Source of the DNA: Squalus acanthias
Taxonomy: Eukaryota
Direction of reading: 5' to 3'
Length of the DNA: 64,000 nucleotides
Assembly (NCBI GenBank): GCA_030390025.1
Contig: JASTWF010000436.1
Coordinates: 62,001 to 126,000 of the forward strand
The translations under genes and the position numbers were made by a program. Below the pieces are notes generated by a model, which searched no databases, was not told the DNA's origin, and was given only the letters and a program-made list of their open reading frames with translations. Below, one piece after another: positions 25,965 to 38,874 of this stretch (position 1 is its first letter; every line of letters starts with the position of its first letter).

Positions 25965-27150
25965 GATTGAGTATTTGGACTAATATGAGCTGATCAAAGA
26001 GAGCCAGCATGGATTTGTAAATGGTAAGTCATGTCTTATGAGGCTGGTTGAATTATGTGAGGAGGTAACTAACATGGTAGGTAAGGGATTGCCTATGGAT
26101 GTTATTTATATGGACTTCCAGATGGCATTCGACAAGGTTCCACAAAGGAGACTGGTAACAAAAATGAAAGTGCACCGAATTGGAGGCAACCTATTGGGTT
26201 GGATAGAGAATTGATTAGGAGGTAGAAGACAGAGACTTGAGATATTGGATCTGTACACAAATTGGCAGGATGTGACTAGTGGGACCTCAGATTTTCATTA
26301 TAATTATAAATGATTTGGACGAAGGAATAGAGAGTCATATATCCAGACTTGCTGATGACACCAAGTTATTTCACACAGTAAATTGTGAAGATGGGAGCAG
26401 AAAGCTGCAAAGGGACATTGATAGATTAAGTTACTGGGAAAAACTGTGGCAAGTGGACATCAAATTGAGGAAATGTGAGTCCATCCACGTTGGATCTAAA
26501 TAAGAGAGATCAGAGATCGAGAAGCTGGGAACTGTGGATGAGCAGAGAGATTTAGGGGTCCAAGTACTGAAATGACTAAGTGCTAATGGACAGGTAGAAT
26601 ATTTTTTTAAAAGCTAATGGAATGCTGGCCTTTATCTCAACAGGGATGGAATACAAAGTGGGGAAGTTATGTTCCAGCTGTACAGAATTCTGGTTGGACT
26701 CCATCTGGAGTATTGCGTTCACTTCTGGGCATCGCACCTCAGAAAGGATATCTTAGCCTTGGTGGGGATGCAATGCAGATTCTCCAGAATGATAACGAAG
26801 CAAAAAGGATTACATTATGAGGACAGGTTGCATAGACTCGGTTTGTGTTCCCTTGACCATAAAAGATTAACGGGGTGTTTAAGATGATTAAATGATTTGA
26901 CAGGGTAGATAGAGAGAAACGATTTCACCTGGTGGGAGTCCTGAACAAGGTGGCATAACATTAAAATTAGAGCTAGACCATTCAGGGGCGAAGTTCAGAA
27001 AGCACTTTTTCACATGAAGGTTAGTGGCAATCTGGAAATGTCTCCACATAAATGCTGTTGAGGCTAGGGGTCAATTGAAAATGACAAAACTGAGATTGAT
27101 AGATTTTTGTTAGGCAAGGTTATTAACGCTTACGGAACTAAGGCGGGTAC
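25965..27150 (+). mobile_element. Degenerate CR1 RT fragment
   Basis: INDLDEG..LADDTKL and HLEYCVHFWAS motifs. Confidence 0.85.
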
Positions 27151-27151
27151 A

Positions 27152-30100
27152 TCACTGAGAGGGTGCAGAACATTTTGAGCGGGGAAGGGGAACAGCCAGA
27201 TGTAATGGTCCATGTGGGAACCAATGACGCAGGAAGGAAAAGGGCTGAGGTCCTGCAGTCAGAGTTTCAGAGCTCAGAAGAAAATTAAAGAGCCGGACCT
27301 GAAAGGTAGTTATCTCTGGATTCCTCCAGTGCCACAGTGCTAGTGAGTATAGTAATAGTAGGATAAGACAGGTTAACGCATGGCTTGAGAAATGATGCTG
27401 GATGGAGTACTTCAGATTCCTGAGGCAGTGGAACCAGTTCTGAAGCAGGGGGAGCCTACTAAAGGTGGACGGGTTACACCTCAGCAGTGCTGGGATAAAT
27501 GTCCTTGTGGGAAGGATAACTAGTTCTGTGGAACAGGGTTTAAACAAAGTTGGCAGGAGGATGGGCACGTGGGTGAATCATTAGAGAGGAGAGAAAAAGT
27601 GCACAGAGGACTTCGAGAGACTAATAGTACTAGAGTAAAGGGTAGTTCAGAATTAGGGGGCATAAGACAGGGCAAATATAAGGCAGTCTAAGATGCGTTT
27701 GGAGTGGCCTACTCCTGCTCCTATCTTCTATGTTTCTACGTGCATAAATGGACGTAGCTTGGTAAATAAAGTTGGTGAACTGCAGGCACAAGTCACCACA
27801 TGGGATTCAGGAAAGATAGGGAAGGAAAAAAAGGAGGGGTGGCAGTATTGATCAAATAAACTATTGTAGCACTGGAGAGGGATGGTGTAGTTGAGGGGTC
27901 AAAGACAGAATCCATTGGGTTAGAGTTAAAGAAGATGACCTATTACGCGATTAGGTGTATACTACAGGCCACCAAATAGTGGTAAGGAGATTGAAGAGCA
28001 AATCTTCAGGCAAATTACTGAAAATCGAAAGAACTATAGACTAGTGATAATGGGGGACATCAATTTTCCTAATATAGACTGGGATAGTAAAAGAGTAAAC
28101 GGCAATAAGGTGGTGGGAATTACTGATATCTGTACAAACGACCTTTCTTAATCAGTGTGTTTCGAGCCCAACGAGGTAGAGAGCTGGATCTAGTTCTGAC
28201 CACCTGGAGAATGTTTCACTGGGGGAGTACTTGGGGAACAGTGGTCATGATATAATTAGCTTTAGAATAGTTATGGCAATGGAAAAGGAACAATCAAGCA
28301 TACAAATACTTAACTGCATGAGGGGTAACTTCAGTAAGTTGAAAAGGAATCTTGCCCAGTGGATTGAATCAAACATTTGCAGGCAAAACCGTAATTAAAC
28401 ATTGGGAGGCCTTCAAAGAGCGGTAAAAATTAGACACATTCCATCAAGGGGGGAAAGGGAGGGCATCCAAAGCTCGATCCCCCTGGATGACTAAAGATGT
28501 AAAGATTAAAATGAGACTGCAAAAAGGACCTATGACAAATGTCAGGTTCATAATACAGTAGGGAACCAAGCTGAATAAAGATAGAAAAGATGAGATCTAA
28601 ATAAGGAATAAGAAGGGCAAAGGGAGAGCATGAGAATAGATTAGCAGCTAACATAAAAGGGAACCCAAAAGTATTTTCAAAACATATAAAGAGTAAAAGG
28701 GTAGTCAAAGGAAGGAACAACAAAGGAAATATTCTTCTGGAGGCAGGGACATAATTGATATAACAAAAGAATACTTTGCATCTGTCTTCACTCGAAAAGA
28801 GGATGCTGCCAACGTATTATTGAAGGAGGAGGCAGTAGTGATATTGGAAAAGATGAAAAATAACTAAAGAGGAGGTAATTAAAAGGTTGCAGTGCTTAAA
28901 GTAGAAAAGTCACCTCTTCCAGATGGGATGCATCCATTGTTACTGAGGGAAGTAAGGGTGGAAATTGCGGAGTGCCTGGCCACAAACTTTAGATATGGGG
29001 GTGGTGCCAGAGTAGTGGAGGATTGAAAATGTTACGCCCATGTTTAAAAAGGAGGAGAAGGATAAACCTAGCAACTGAAGGCCAGTCAGCCTAACGGTGG
29101 TGGGGAAACTTTTAGAGACAATAATCCGGGACACCATTAAATAGGAGTTGGAAATGTATGGACCAATAAATGAAAGGCAGCACGGATTTGTTAAAGGCAA
29201 ATCGTGTTTGACTAACTTGATCGAGTTCTTTGAGCAAGTATCGGAGAGGGTTGACGAGGGTTGATGTTGTGTATATGGACTTTCTAAAGGAGTTTGAAAA
29301 GTAGCTCATAATACACGTGTTAGCAAAAGTAAAGTCCATAGGATTATAGGGACAGTGGCAGCATGGATACAAAATAGTCTAAGGGATAGAATGCAGAATG
29401 TAGTGGTGAATGGTGGCTTTTCAGAATGGAGGGAAGTATACAGTGGTGTCCCCCAGGGGACGGTATTAGGACCACTGCTTTTTTGATATTTATTAATGCC
29501 CAAGAATTGGGTATACAGGGCAGAATTTTAAAGTTTGCAGATGATACGAAACTCGGAAATGTAGTGAACAATGAGGAGGATAGTAACAGACTTCTGGCAG
29601 AAATAGACAGACTGGTGAAATGGGCAGACACATGGCAGATTAAATTTGAAGCACAGAAGTGATACATTTTGTTAGGAAGAATGAGGAGAGGCAATAAAAC
29701 TTAATGCTGCAATTTAAAGGGGCTGCAGGAACAGAGAACATGAGGTGTATTTACACACATCTTTGAAGGTGGCAGGTCAAGTGGAGAATGCTGTTAAAAC
29801 AGATGGGATCATTGGCTTTATTAATCGAGGATAGAGTAGAAAAGCAACGAGTGTTATGCGCAACATTTATAGAACAATGATTGGGCCTCAGCTGAAATAT
29901 TGTGTTCAATTCTGGGCACCAATTTTAGGAAATTATGTCTGGGCCTTGGAGAGGGTCCAGAAGAGATTTACTAGAATGGTACCAGGGATGAGGGACTTTA
30001 ATTATGTGGTGAGTCTGGAGAAGATGCCGTTTTTCTCCTTAGAACAGAAAAGGTTAAGAGGAGTTTTGATAGAGGTGTTCAAAATCATGTACGATTTTGA

Positions 30101-30430
30101 TAGAATAAATCCGGAGAAACTTTTTCCAGTGGCAGAAGGGTCGGTAACCAGAGGACACAGATTTACCCTAATTGGCAAAAGAACCAGAGTCGACATGAGG
30201 AAACACTATTTTCGCAGCGAGTTGTTGTTATCTGGAATTCACTGAATGAAAGTGTGGTGGAAGCAGATTTAACAGGAACTTTGAAATTTGAATTGGCCAA
30301 ATACTTAGAGGGAAATTAGAAATATAGATCTATGGGGAAATAGTAGGTGAGTGGGAATCATTGGCTCGTTCTATCAAAGAGCAAACACCGGCACAATGGG
30401 CCGAATGGCCTCCGTCTGTGCTGTATCAAT
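27152..30430 (+). mobile_element. Old, long CR1 copy (ORF1 esterase remnant through the 3' UTR)
   Basis: ITERVQNILSGEGEQPDVMVHVGTND (ORF1), then decayed EN/RT ([21 protein letters not shown]). Confidence 0.85.
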
Positions 30431-31159
30431 CCATGATTGGATGGAGTTACAATACAGATCAGCCATGATCTACTTGAATGGTGGAAAAAGGCTCGAGGGG
30501 CTGAATGGCCTCCTCTTGTTCATAGATTAATATTGGGGATGTTGGAGGTGAAAGGATTAACATGTTGGTATAACATTCCTTTGCCTGTGATTTTAATGGT
30601 GCAGCCTGTTTAAAACAAGTGGGTTATCACCTGTGTTACAGCAGGGGACAATAACATGCCACACTAATTTTGCCAACAGTAATTTTAGGGAGAAAATGTA
30701 CAGCGGTCCAGCGAGTGATAAGAACCAATGAAAAAGAATAATTGTTACTTGGTCTGAAATTCCTCTTTTCACTATTTTAGCAGAGCCTCAATCTGTTCAC
30801 AGCAGATAGATTTACACCGCCACTGAAAGGGAGGAAGGTTGAATTTTCAGATTGTGTAGCTTGTAAACGTTCTATCACACAGCCTGTGATTGGCCTTTCA
30901 TTGACCTTAACCGGGCTAGGCTGTATTTGCCAGTGAGGTTTGCACCTGTTCTGATAAGGTGCAAACAGAGGATTGGAGATTGCTGCTGCTTTTAACAGTT
31001 CTATAATCACTACCGATCAGGTTCAGTGGGAAATATTCGCGCCGGTGTTTTCAATTTGTGTCCCAGTTTTCCTCCAGTTTCAAGTCGTTTCCATTGACCA
31101 GTGTGTTCTTTTCTAATCCAATTCTGCCCGCAGTTCCTAATGCTGGTAATAGAGCCAGA

Positions 31160-31255
31160 GATTCCCTCCCCAGTGACGGGAGGTGATTTATTTCTTATTG
31201 GATAGATGAGTTTCACTGAACGAGATAAACAGAATAATGTGGGCGGGGTTCGGAC
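31160..31255 (+). promoter_or_regulatory. Putative MHC class I proximal promoter
   Basis: X-box-like CCCAGTGACGG 31169-31179, inverted CCAAT (ATTGG) 31197-31201, ISRE-like AGTTTCACT ~31209-31217 and GC box GGGCGGGG 31241-31248, all within 150 bp of the leader ATG. Confidence 0.5.
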
Positions 31256-31313
31256 ATCTACAAAACCTTCCCGTCTTGCTGTGCAGGGTTTTAACTGAGC
31301 GACTCGCTGAAAC

Positions 31314-31365
31314 ATGTTCCTCTTTGCTTTACTGAGCCTTTACTTTTTTCAACAGGTGGTTCCTG
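31314..31365 (+). CDS. MHC class I exon 1 (signal peptide MFLFALLSLYFFQQVVP)
   Basis: Hydrophobic 17 codons + 1 nt, strong donor G|GTAAGT, phase 1 as in class I leaders. Confidence 0.75.
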
Positions 31366-31440
31366 GTAAGTCAAATGACAGGAATTTTGCGGCTATATTC
31401 ATTATTGCACGACATGACCGCCATCGAGAATAACATATTG

Positions 31441-31866
31441 GGCCCGTGTTTAGTCCGGGTTAGACTAAAAGTCCCCGTGTTATTCCAGGGTATACCGACT
31501 GCCCCGTGTTTAGTCCGGGATACACCGACTGCCCCGTGTTTAGTCCGGGATACACCGACTGCCCCCGTGTTTAGTCCTGGATACACCGACTGCCCCGTGT
31601 TTAGTCCGGGTTACACTGACTGTCCCGTGTTTAGTCCGGGTTACAGTGACTGTCCCGTGTTTAGTTCGGGATACAACGACTGCCCCATGTTTAGTCCGGG
31701 ATACACTGACGGTCCCGAGTTTAGTCCGGTTTACACCGACTACCCTCTTATTTAGTCCGGGTTACACTGACTGCCTTCTTGTTTCGTCTGGGTTACAACG
31801 ACTGCTCTCTTATGTAGTCCCGTATAAACCGACTGCCCTCTTGCTTAGCCCGGGTTACACTGACTG
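31441..31866 (+). repeat. 30-bp minisatellite (~14 units) in class I intron 1
   Basis: Unit gccccgtgtttagtccgggatacaccgact, decaying toward the 3' end. Confidence 0.95.
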
Positions 31867-32037
31867 CTTCGAACCTTGCGGATGCCCTGGGGGAGCTCCT
31901 GCGTTGGTTAAAATGGTGAGGTGACGATAGGGGCTCGTGGGGCGCTGGACGCTTAAGAAAGGTGCCGGTGATTTACTGTAGGCCTGAAGTAATGTTCCTC
32001 AATCATAGATGGGGATTTGTGCGGTGATTCAGACCGA

Positions 32038-32252
32038 CGTGTTGCCAACTCTGGTTGGACTCATTCCAGGAGCTTTCATCACATGACCTCCAGCCCAGTC
32101 AAACCGCCTTTTGTCCCCAGCTCCAATATTGTTATAATTGTGATTGTTGTGCTGTTGCTGTTATTTTTCTCCCGAGTTTCACGCAGCTGTGTCCAGGAGA
32201 TTGATCTCTAATTCCTGGAGATTCCGGGATAGTTCTGGTGGGAGGGCAAGCT
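32038..32252. mobile_element. hAT-like MITE
   Basis: Ends gtgttgccaac ... gggcaagcta resemble TAGGGTTGCC-type TIRs. Confidence 0.45.
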
Positions 32253-33730
32253 ATTCTCCGCCCGTCCGAAAGATAAAGTTGGTGGGGACAGTATAATTTT
32301 CGTGACCCGGCTTCATTTACAGGAAATGAGCGCCAAGGCCTTTTGATTTAAAGGCAGTCTCCAGTCCCTTAAAGGGTCAGGTTCACTTTTCAAGGATGGT
32401 TAATGGAGAGCGATTTATTGGAGCAGCAGATTGCATGACATGTTCAGGTGTCCTCCGATTCTCTGTGGCAGCGGTGGAAGCGCTTGTAGAGCAAATTACC
32501 CCGGTATTGAGAACCTCGTCTCCTCTAATGGGTAACGATAGGCCCGTCAAATTAGTCAGCAGTAATGGCGAGAGGTGGATGAGCAAGCCAATTGCAGCAA
32601 CATTGGGTATAAAGTGCTTGGTACCCGGAAGAGGCTGATGACAATTGTCAGCCTGTTTTGATCTATCGCCCAATTCACTTTTCCATTGACTTCAATCCAA
32701 TACAAATTCAGACGGCGGGCCAAGTTGGCTGTTGATTCGCTATCGCCCATTCTGCTATGCCGCCCAAGACACATTTATACTCCATTTCCCCATGAATCTG
32801 TCTGCATTGCAGGAAGAATCTTAATGACCTTACCAGGACTGCCAAGGTCAGACTCGGCTTCACATCTCTCTTTCGGTCTGCACAGCCTCGCACCGCCTGA
32901 GATTAGCCGCTGCGCTACTAATCCTTTCCTCCCCATTTCCCATGGCTCTCCTCCAATCACAACAGACCCTTCACTACATGCCAGAGTGGAATTACCAGAA
33001 GACCATTAACAGTTCAAAATATTCAGCAGCCAGTACAAGCATTTTAAATGGATTAAGTAGTGAAATCCCACAACATAATAGAAGAAAAATATCTCCCAAA
33101 TATTCCAGCATTTTATTTGAGACCAACTGAGGATTCCTTTAATATCTGCCTCCCGATTGTTTCCACTTTGCTGGCAGGATCAGAAACTGACGGTAACAAT
33201 GTTGGCAGAGAGGAAAATGTTGTTAAGGACTTGATAACTTCCTTTAACCCCAATTTGCATATATTCAAGCTGCTTTTTCCCCTCTTTTGCACAGTAAATC
33301 TGAGGCCAATTTTAATGTCGCTACAAGTAGCGGGCTGGGAGCAGATCACTGCGCACGCACCAGGGCTGGATTCTGCATGGCTTAGTACCATTATTCTGGG
33401 TGCACTTCCTCACTAATTCACCAAAGAATCCCCAGGTCAGACTTGGGACTAAAATCTTAAAGTTACGATTTACAAATGAGCTGAGCTGATGTAATTTATT
33501 CGAACCATCACATTTTTCATTTATTTCGAAAATGGGAATATTCTTGTCAAGAATAAGATTTAATATTAAGGGTCATTTTGCCTTCTCTGCAATAGTTTAA
33601 CACGGGAGCGATGGCAAAATATTCAGTGTTCTCGCATTTTTCTGAATACATTATTTGTCCCTATTTGTTTAGCAAACTGACATTTCTGATATTTGATACG
33701 GCAATGATTTTTTTGTATTATGTCCTATAG

Positions 33731-33989
33731 TCTCACTCTCTGCTATATTACTACACCCTGAACCATGGGAGTGTTGATCTGCCGGAGTATAGTATTATGG
33801 GGCTTTTGGATGGCTGCGAGATAGACTATTACGACCAAAATATGAAAATAACTGTTCCAAGACAGCAATGGATGGCGGAAGCATTTGAGAAGAGTTACTG
33901 GGACGAATACACAATCACTCAAGCTGGTTTCCACGGACTCATCAAGGGACAGGTTGATAGATGGTTGCAGCAGAACAACCAAACATCAA
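33731..33989 (+). CDS. MHC class I exon 2 (alpha1 domain)
   Basis: SHSLLYYYTL..LPEYSIMGLLDGCEIDYYD..VPRQQWM..YWD..NQTS; donor A|GTGAGT phase 1; the canonical exon start would be 33729. Confidence 0.93.
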
Positions 33990-34026
33990 GTGAGTGTATT
34001 CGTTTGAATGAATGCAGCGAACGGCA

Positions 34027-34405
34027 GGGGTCATTTAAACTTGGGGGATAGTGTAACATGAGTGATATCGAACATCCTGATATACATCCGCCTGATTTTC
34101 CCTTCCATTGACTTCAACAGAAAGGAACATTAGGCGAGGTGTATAATGGGCAACTAATTGAAAATCACCCATTTTACACCCTCTCTGGAATGTAACATTA
34201 ACCCCAATGAATGATATTGGTCATACTGGGGGTTAAATCCAGTGTTGGTGGGTGTAAAATGGGCAGTAGCAGCGAGGCCGCCCTTTATACATGCTGCCTG
34301 ATTTTCCTTTACATTCACTTCTCAGTAAAATGGGCCGAGGTCTATAACAGGCGGCTTTTCCGCTGCCACCCGTTCAGCAACCCTGCTGAAGTTGAATTTC
34401 ACTTT
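34027..34405. mobile_element. Two adjacent palindromic MITEs (GGGGT-type TIRs)
   Basis: ggggtcatttaaac...gtaacattaacccc (34027-34205) and a second copy from 34228. Confidence 0.6.
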
Positions 34406-34559
34406 CACCGCCAGATAAAATCCGGGCGCCTGTGATTCAGCTTTTGTTTTACACCTCGGTCGATAAAGAAAATGAGATGTGGTGGAAAACGGGCGAAATA
34501 CGGGCGCCTGTGAATCAGCTGTCGTTTTACACCTTAATCGATTTTCTGAAAATCGGACA

Positions 34560-35040
34560 TGGTGTACTCTTTTGGTGCACACTTGGAACAAATAAAGTGT
34601 AAATAAAAAAAAAACATTAAAGGAAACCAAACAACTTAAATTAAAAGGTGGTTACTGGTGGTGAAGATGCACTCGAGTCCCTGCGGTATCCACCGATCGT
34701 GGAAGATCACAAGCGTGCCGGCGGACACCGTGGGCTCCAGCTCCAGGGCCACCCGGGCGCGAACGTGGCCGCGGAAGAAAGGCAGGAAGTCGGGCCGAAC
34801 GACCCCATCGACCGCCCGCCGCCTTGACCAGTTGATGGCCACTTTGGCCAGGCCCAGGAGCAGTCCTACGAGGATGTCCCCCGATCTGCCCGCCCCCCTC
34901 CGCACCGGGTGACCAAAGATCAGAAGCGTGGTAGTGAAATGCAGCCAAAAATCGAGGAGCAACCCCTTCAGATAATGGTAGAGGGGCCGCAACCACTCAC
35001 ATTCGATATATAAATGGAACACGGACTCCTCCAGGCTCGG
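34560..35040 (-). mobile_element. Tx1/L1-clade LINE 3' fragment
   Basis: EESVFHLYIECEWLRPL..LLIFGHP..LLLGLAKVAI zinc-knuckle C-terminus, followed by a T-rich 3' UTR. Confidence 0.7.
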
Positions 35041-35702
35041 ACATGGTGTAAAGTGGGCGGCCGATTCAGCACTGGTCATATTTCAAATGGGGATAACAGT
35101 TAAAAATCCGCCTCTCCCCACCACCACCAGTGTTTATTGAATGACAATTGTATTATTACATTTAATTTATGATATTTGTAATATTATATTTATTTCATTT
35201 TTTTGCTGTTATTTTACATTTAACTAATCATATTATGTTTATTGGCGAAATGTTTAAATCTTCAACAAATAAGTAAAGTGGCCAATATTGGACCGACCGC
35301 CCGTTCTACACCTCGCTTGGATTCCCTTTCAATTGGACGAGGTTTATAACAGGCCACTGACCCAATATTGTCCGCTTTACACTATAACCACAATTTAAAA
35401 TTAACCCCCCATTGATGGTAACATTACTTTTAATGAATGATATTAGTAACACATTTATTGAATGACATTGGAAATAACACATTTATTGAATCATACTGAC
35501 AATATTATGTTTGTTGAATTATATTGGCAATATTGAATTGAAGGATTATTATTCATATCATTGCATTTGCTCAGTTATATAGGTGAGCACATATTTGATA
35601 TTTAATGTAGATGTGTAAGTTTGAGGCTACAATGTCGTCTTATATCCCGCAGGTGGCTTATCAGAAAAGCATAATGCATTGCCCGCAGTTTTCTATTCAT
35701 TA

Positions 35703-35887
35703 GGAGTAAATTTTATATTTGGGCAATAGTGTAAAATAAGCGATATCGAACGGACTACCCAATATACTCCCTGTCTGATTTTCGCTTCCGTTGACCTCTA
35801 TGGATATGAAAATCAGGCGGGTTGCAAAATGGGCGGACGAGCCAATATCGCCCATTTTACACTCTCAGCCAAAGTCAAAATTACCCC
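35703..35887. mobile_element. Palindromic MITE
   Basis: ggagtaaattttatatttgg...aaagtcaaaattacccc imperfect TIRs; internal symmetry. Confidence 0.65.
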
Positions 35888-36229
35888 CATGCAGTCAAGT
35901 CCATTGTAACAAGGTTGGAGGACATATAATGTTAGCCTATGCTGTGCAAACATAATTCAGTCCCCAATTTAAAGTCATACATTCTGGCATGTATTGTGAC
36001 AGCATTGGCAAATATTCTGGTATGTTATTTATAGTTAAGTAACAACATTGCTGGACAATTGTGAAGGTGCGAACTAGAGTTGATTGAAAACACGGGAGTT
36101 TTCCATAAGTATAGGCTGAAGAGTTGGGCAACAAAAAAACGGTGGCATTACAGCGCCACCACTGGACCGAGGGTGCAATTGCAACATGCTGACTTTACAT
36201 CGGCAACTCCCATTTCAAATGTTGACATG

Positions 36230-37180
36230 TAGAATCATAGAATAATACAGCACAGAAAGAGGTAATTCGGCCCATCGTGCCTGTGCCGGTTCTTTGAAAG
36301 CTATCCAATTAGATCCACTCCCCTTCACTTTCTCCATAGCCCTGCAACGTTTCCCTTTCAAGTATTTGTCCAATTCCCTTTTGAAAGTCACTATTGAATC
36401 TGCTTCCAGCACCCTCTCAGGTAATGCATTACAGATCACAACAACTCACCGCATAAAATAAATGCTCATATCACGTCTGGTACTTTTTCCAATTACCTTA
36501 AAGCTGTGTCCTCTGGTTAGCGAACTCTCTCCATATTCACTCTATCCAACACCTTCATGATTTTGAACATGAATTCAGAGGAATTGATAATGGCAAAAGG
36601 TTGATAAAAATGTGACAAGAGGAAGTAAGAACTTAAGAAAATAAGAAATAGGAGCAGGAACAGGCTATTCGGCCCCTCGAGCCTGCTCTGCCATTTAATG
36701 AGATCATGGTTGATCCGATTTTGGCCTCAACTCCGCTTTCCTGCCCTCTCCCCGTAATCCTTGACTCCGCTGTTGCTCAAAATCTGTCTATCTCAGCCTT
36801 GAATATATTCAATGACTCAGCTTCCAATGCTCTCTGGGGTAAAGAATTTCAAAGACTCACGACCCTCTGAGAGAAGAAATTCCTCCTCATCTCCATCTTA
36901 AATGGGCGACCCCTTATTCTGAGACTGTGTCCCCTAGTTCGAGATGCCCTGACGAGGGGAAACATCCTCTCAGGATCAACCCTGTCCAACTCCCTGAAAA
37001 TCTTATATGTTACAATAAGATCACCTGACATTCTTTTAAACTCCAATGAGTATAGGCACAAACTGCTCAACCTTTCCTCATACGACAACATTTCCATCCC
37101 AGGAATCAACCTAGTGAACCTTCTCTGAACTGCCTCCAATGCAAGTATATCCCTCTTTAAATAAGGGGACCAAATCTATA
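36230..37180 (-). mobile_element. Two CR1 3' fragments
   Basis: VQRRFTRLIPGM..MRRNFFSQRVV; CR1 tails. Confidence 0.85.
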
Positions 37181-38109
37181 CGCAAATCTATACCATGTGT
37201 GGACAGGTAGTACATAACATTTCTAATATAATATAGATAGATTTACAGTTAAATACCAACATTTATTCAATTTGGGAAGCGGAGACGTAGAATTGGTTGG
37301 AGCACAGCAGTTTCTCTGGGAAATGCAAAGCTAAGTCCGAAAGTGCCACCACCGGTGGGAAGCTGTAATTACAGCATGACGAGCTTACGCTGGCAGCTTC
37401 CATTATAAAGGTGTACATAGTAATTTATAAAGGGAATTGTTAACACAAATGTAATAGAAACATGATAACAGGAAGTATGCTTTTGTGGACAGGAACTGCA
37501 CACAGATGTAAGATTTTAATTTTTTTTACTCAATTTCCTGTGGTGTTACATATGTGAGGGGTAATTTTAACTTTTGCTGACAGTGTAAAATGAGCGATAT
37601 TGGATCGGTCACCCATTACACACTCCGCACAATCTTCCCTTCCATTGGGGCCATGGTGAATTGACAGTCATTTTACATCTTTGAAGTTAATAGAAGAACA
37701 ATATTGGAGTGTAAAACTGGTGCTGATTCGATATGAGTCCATTTCGCACTACTGGGAAAGACCAATTTCACCTCGTCGGTATTTTGTTCAATGGGCATTG
37801 AGTATAACATCAGGGACTTGATGTTGACTTACAGAAGACATTGATTAGGCCACTGTTGGGTTTTTTCATGCAGTTCTGAGCACCTAATATAGCAAGAATA
37901 TTACTGCAGGCAGCTGCCGTTTAACTTTGGTGCCAATTGTTCTCTTTCTGTGCTGTAAATTATATGTCGCTGTGTGATGAACCTTGTTTTAGACACTAAA
38001 CGCCATTTCTATCTGGAAAGAGTGACTAAAAAATAACTGAAATTCTCATGTTTGGTGTGAATAGATGAGATAATTATGTAGCTATTGATGGATTCAATTA
38101 CTGTTCTAG

Positions 38110-38385
38110 GTACTCATTACATTCAAGGACTGTTTGGCTGTGAACTGAATGATGCCAATCCTAGTGTAGGGATTGTGAAGTTTGCTTATGATGGAAGATA
38201 CGCATTTAGTTTTGATAAAGACAAATTGGTTTGGACTGTACATGATCCAGTAGCTCAGACCTTCAAAGTGAAATGGGATAAGGAAACAAAGATGAACCTT
38301 TATTTCAAGAGCTTGTTAGAAAAGGACTGTGTGGATTTATGGAGGACATACTATTCACTTGGAAATGCATCACTCACCAGAAAAG
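38110..38385 (+). CDS. MHC class I exon 3 (alpha2 domain)
   Basis: 276 nt, ag|GT..G|gtaag, phase 1-1; THYIQGLFGCEL..FAYDG..KWD..CVDLWRTYY with the C101-C164 pair. Confidence 0.96.
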
Positions 38386-38403
38386 GTAAGTTCAGAACAA
38401 CCC

Positions 38404-38541
38404 GGGGGTAATTTTAAAGTTTGGTGACAGTGTAGAACTGGCGATATTGGATAAGCTTCCGTTATACACTCCCCATTCTGCTTTAACAGGCCGATCCGAT
38501 ATCACCTGTTTTACACTAGTAACACAAATTAAAATGACTTC
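38404..38541. mobile_element. Palindromic MITE filling most of the alpha2-alpha3 intron
   Basis: gggggtaattttaa...ttaaaatgacttc. Confidence 0.6.
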
Positions 38542-38607
38542 ATTCAGTCTATCGTGAAATGTGCGCCTTTTATTAAATTTGAAAATAACTGTCGTTCTAT
38601 CATGTAG

Positions 38608-38874
38608 TTTCCCCTGAAGTCTCAGTTATTGCCAGGGCTGCTGATCGTTGGTTTCTCCACTGCATTGCGACTGGATTTTATCCATATTCCATCAATGTGA
38701 CCTGGTTGAAGAATGGAGAACATGCCCCCGAGACCAAATCTACTGGCTTATTACCCAATGAAGATGGGACGTATCAACTAACAACAACCCTTGAATTTGA
38801 TCCGTATGATGGGAAACAATACTCCTGTCATATTGAGCACAGCAGCTTGCCGGGTGGGAAGACAGTCTCCTGGG
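38608..38874 (+). CDS. MHC class I exon 4 (alpha3, Ig C1-set)
   Basis: LHCIATGFYPYSINVTWLKNG..LPNEDGTYQL..YSCHIEHSSL; phase 1-1 with AG/GT. Confidence 0.97.
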
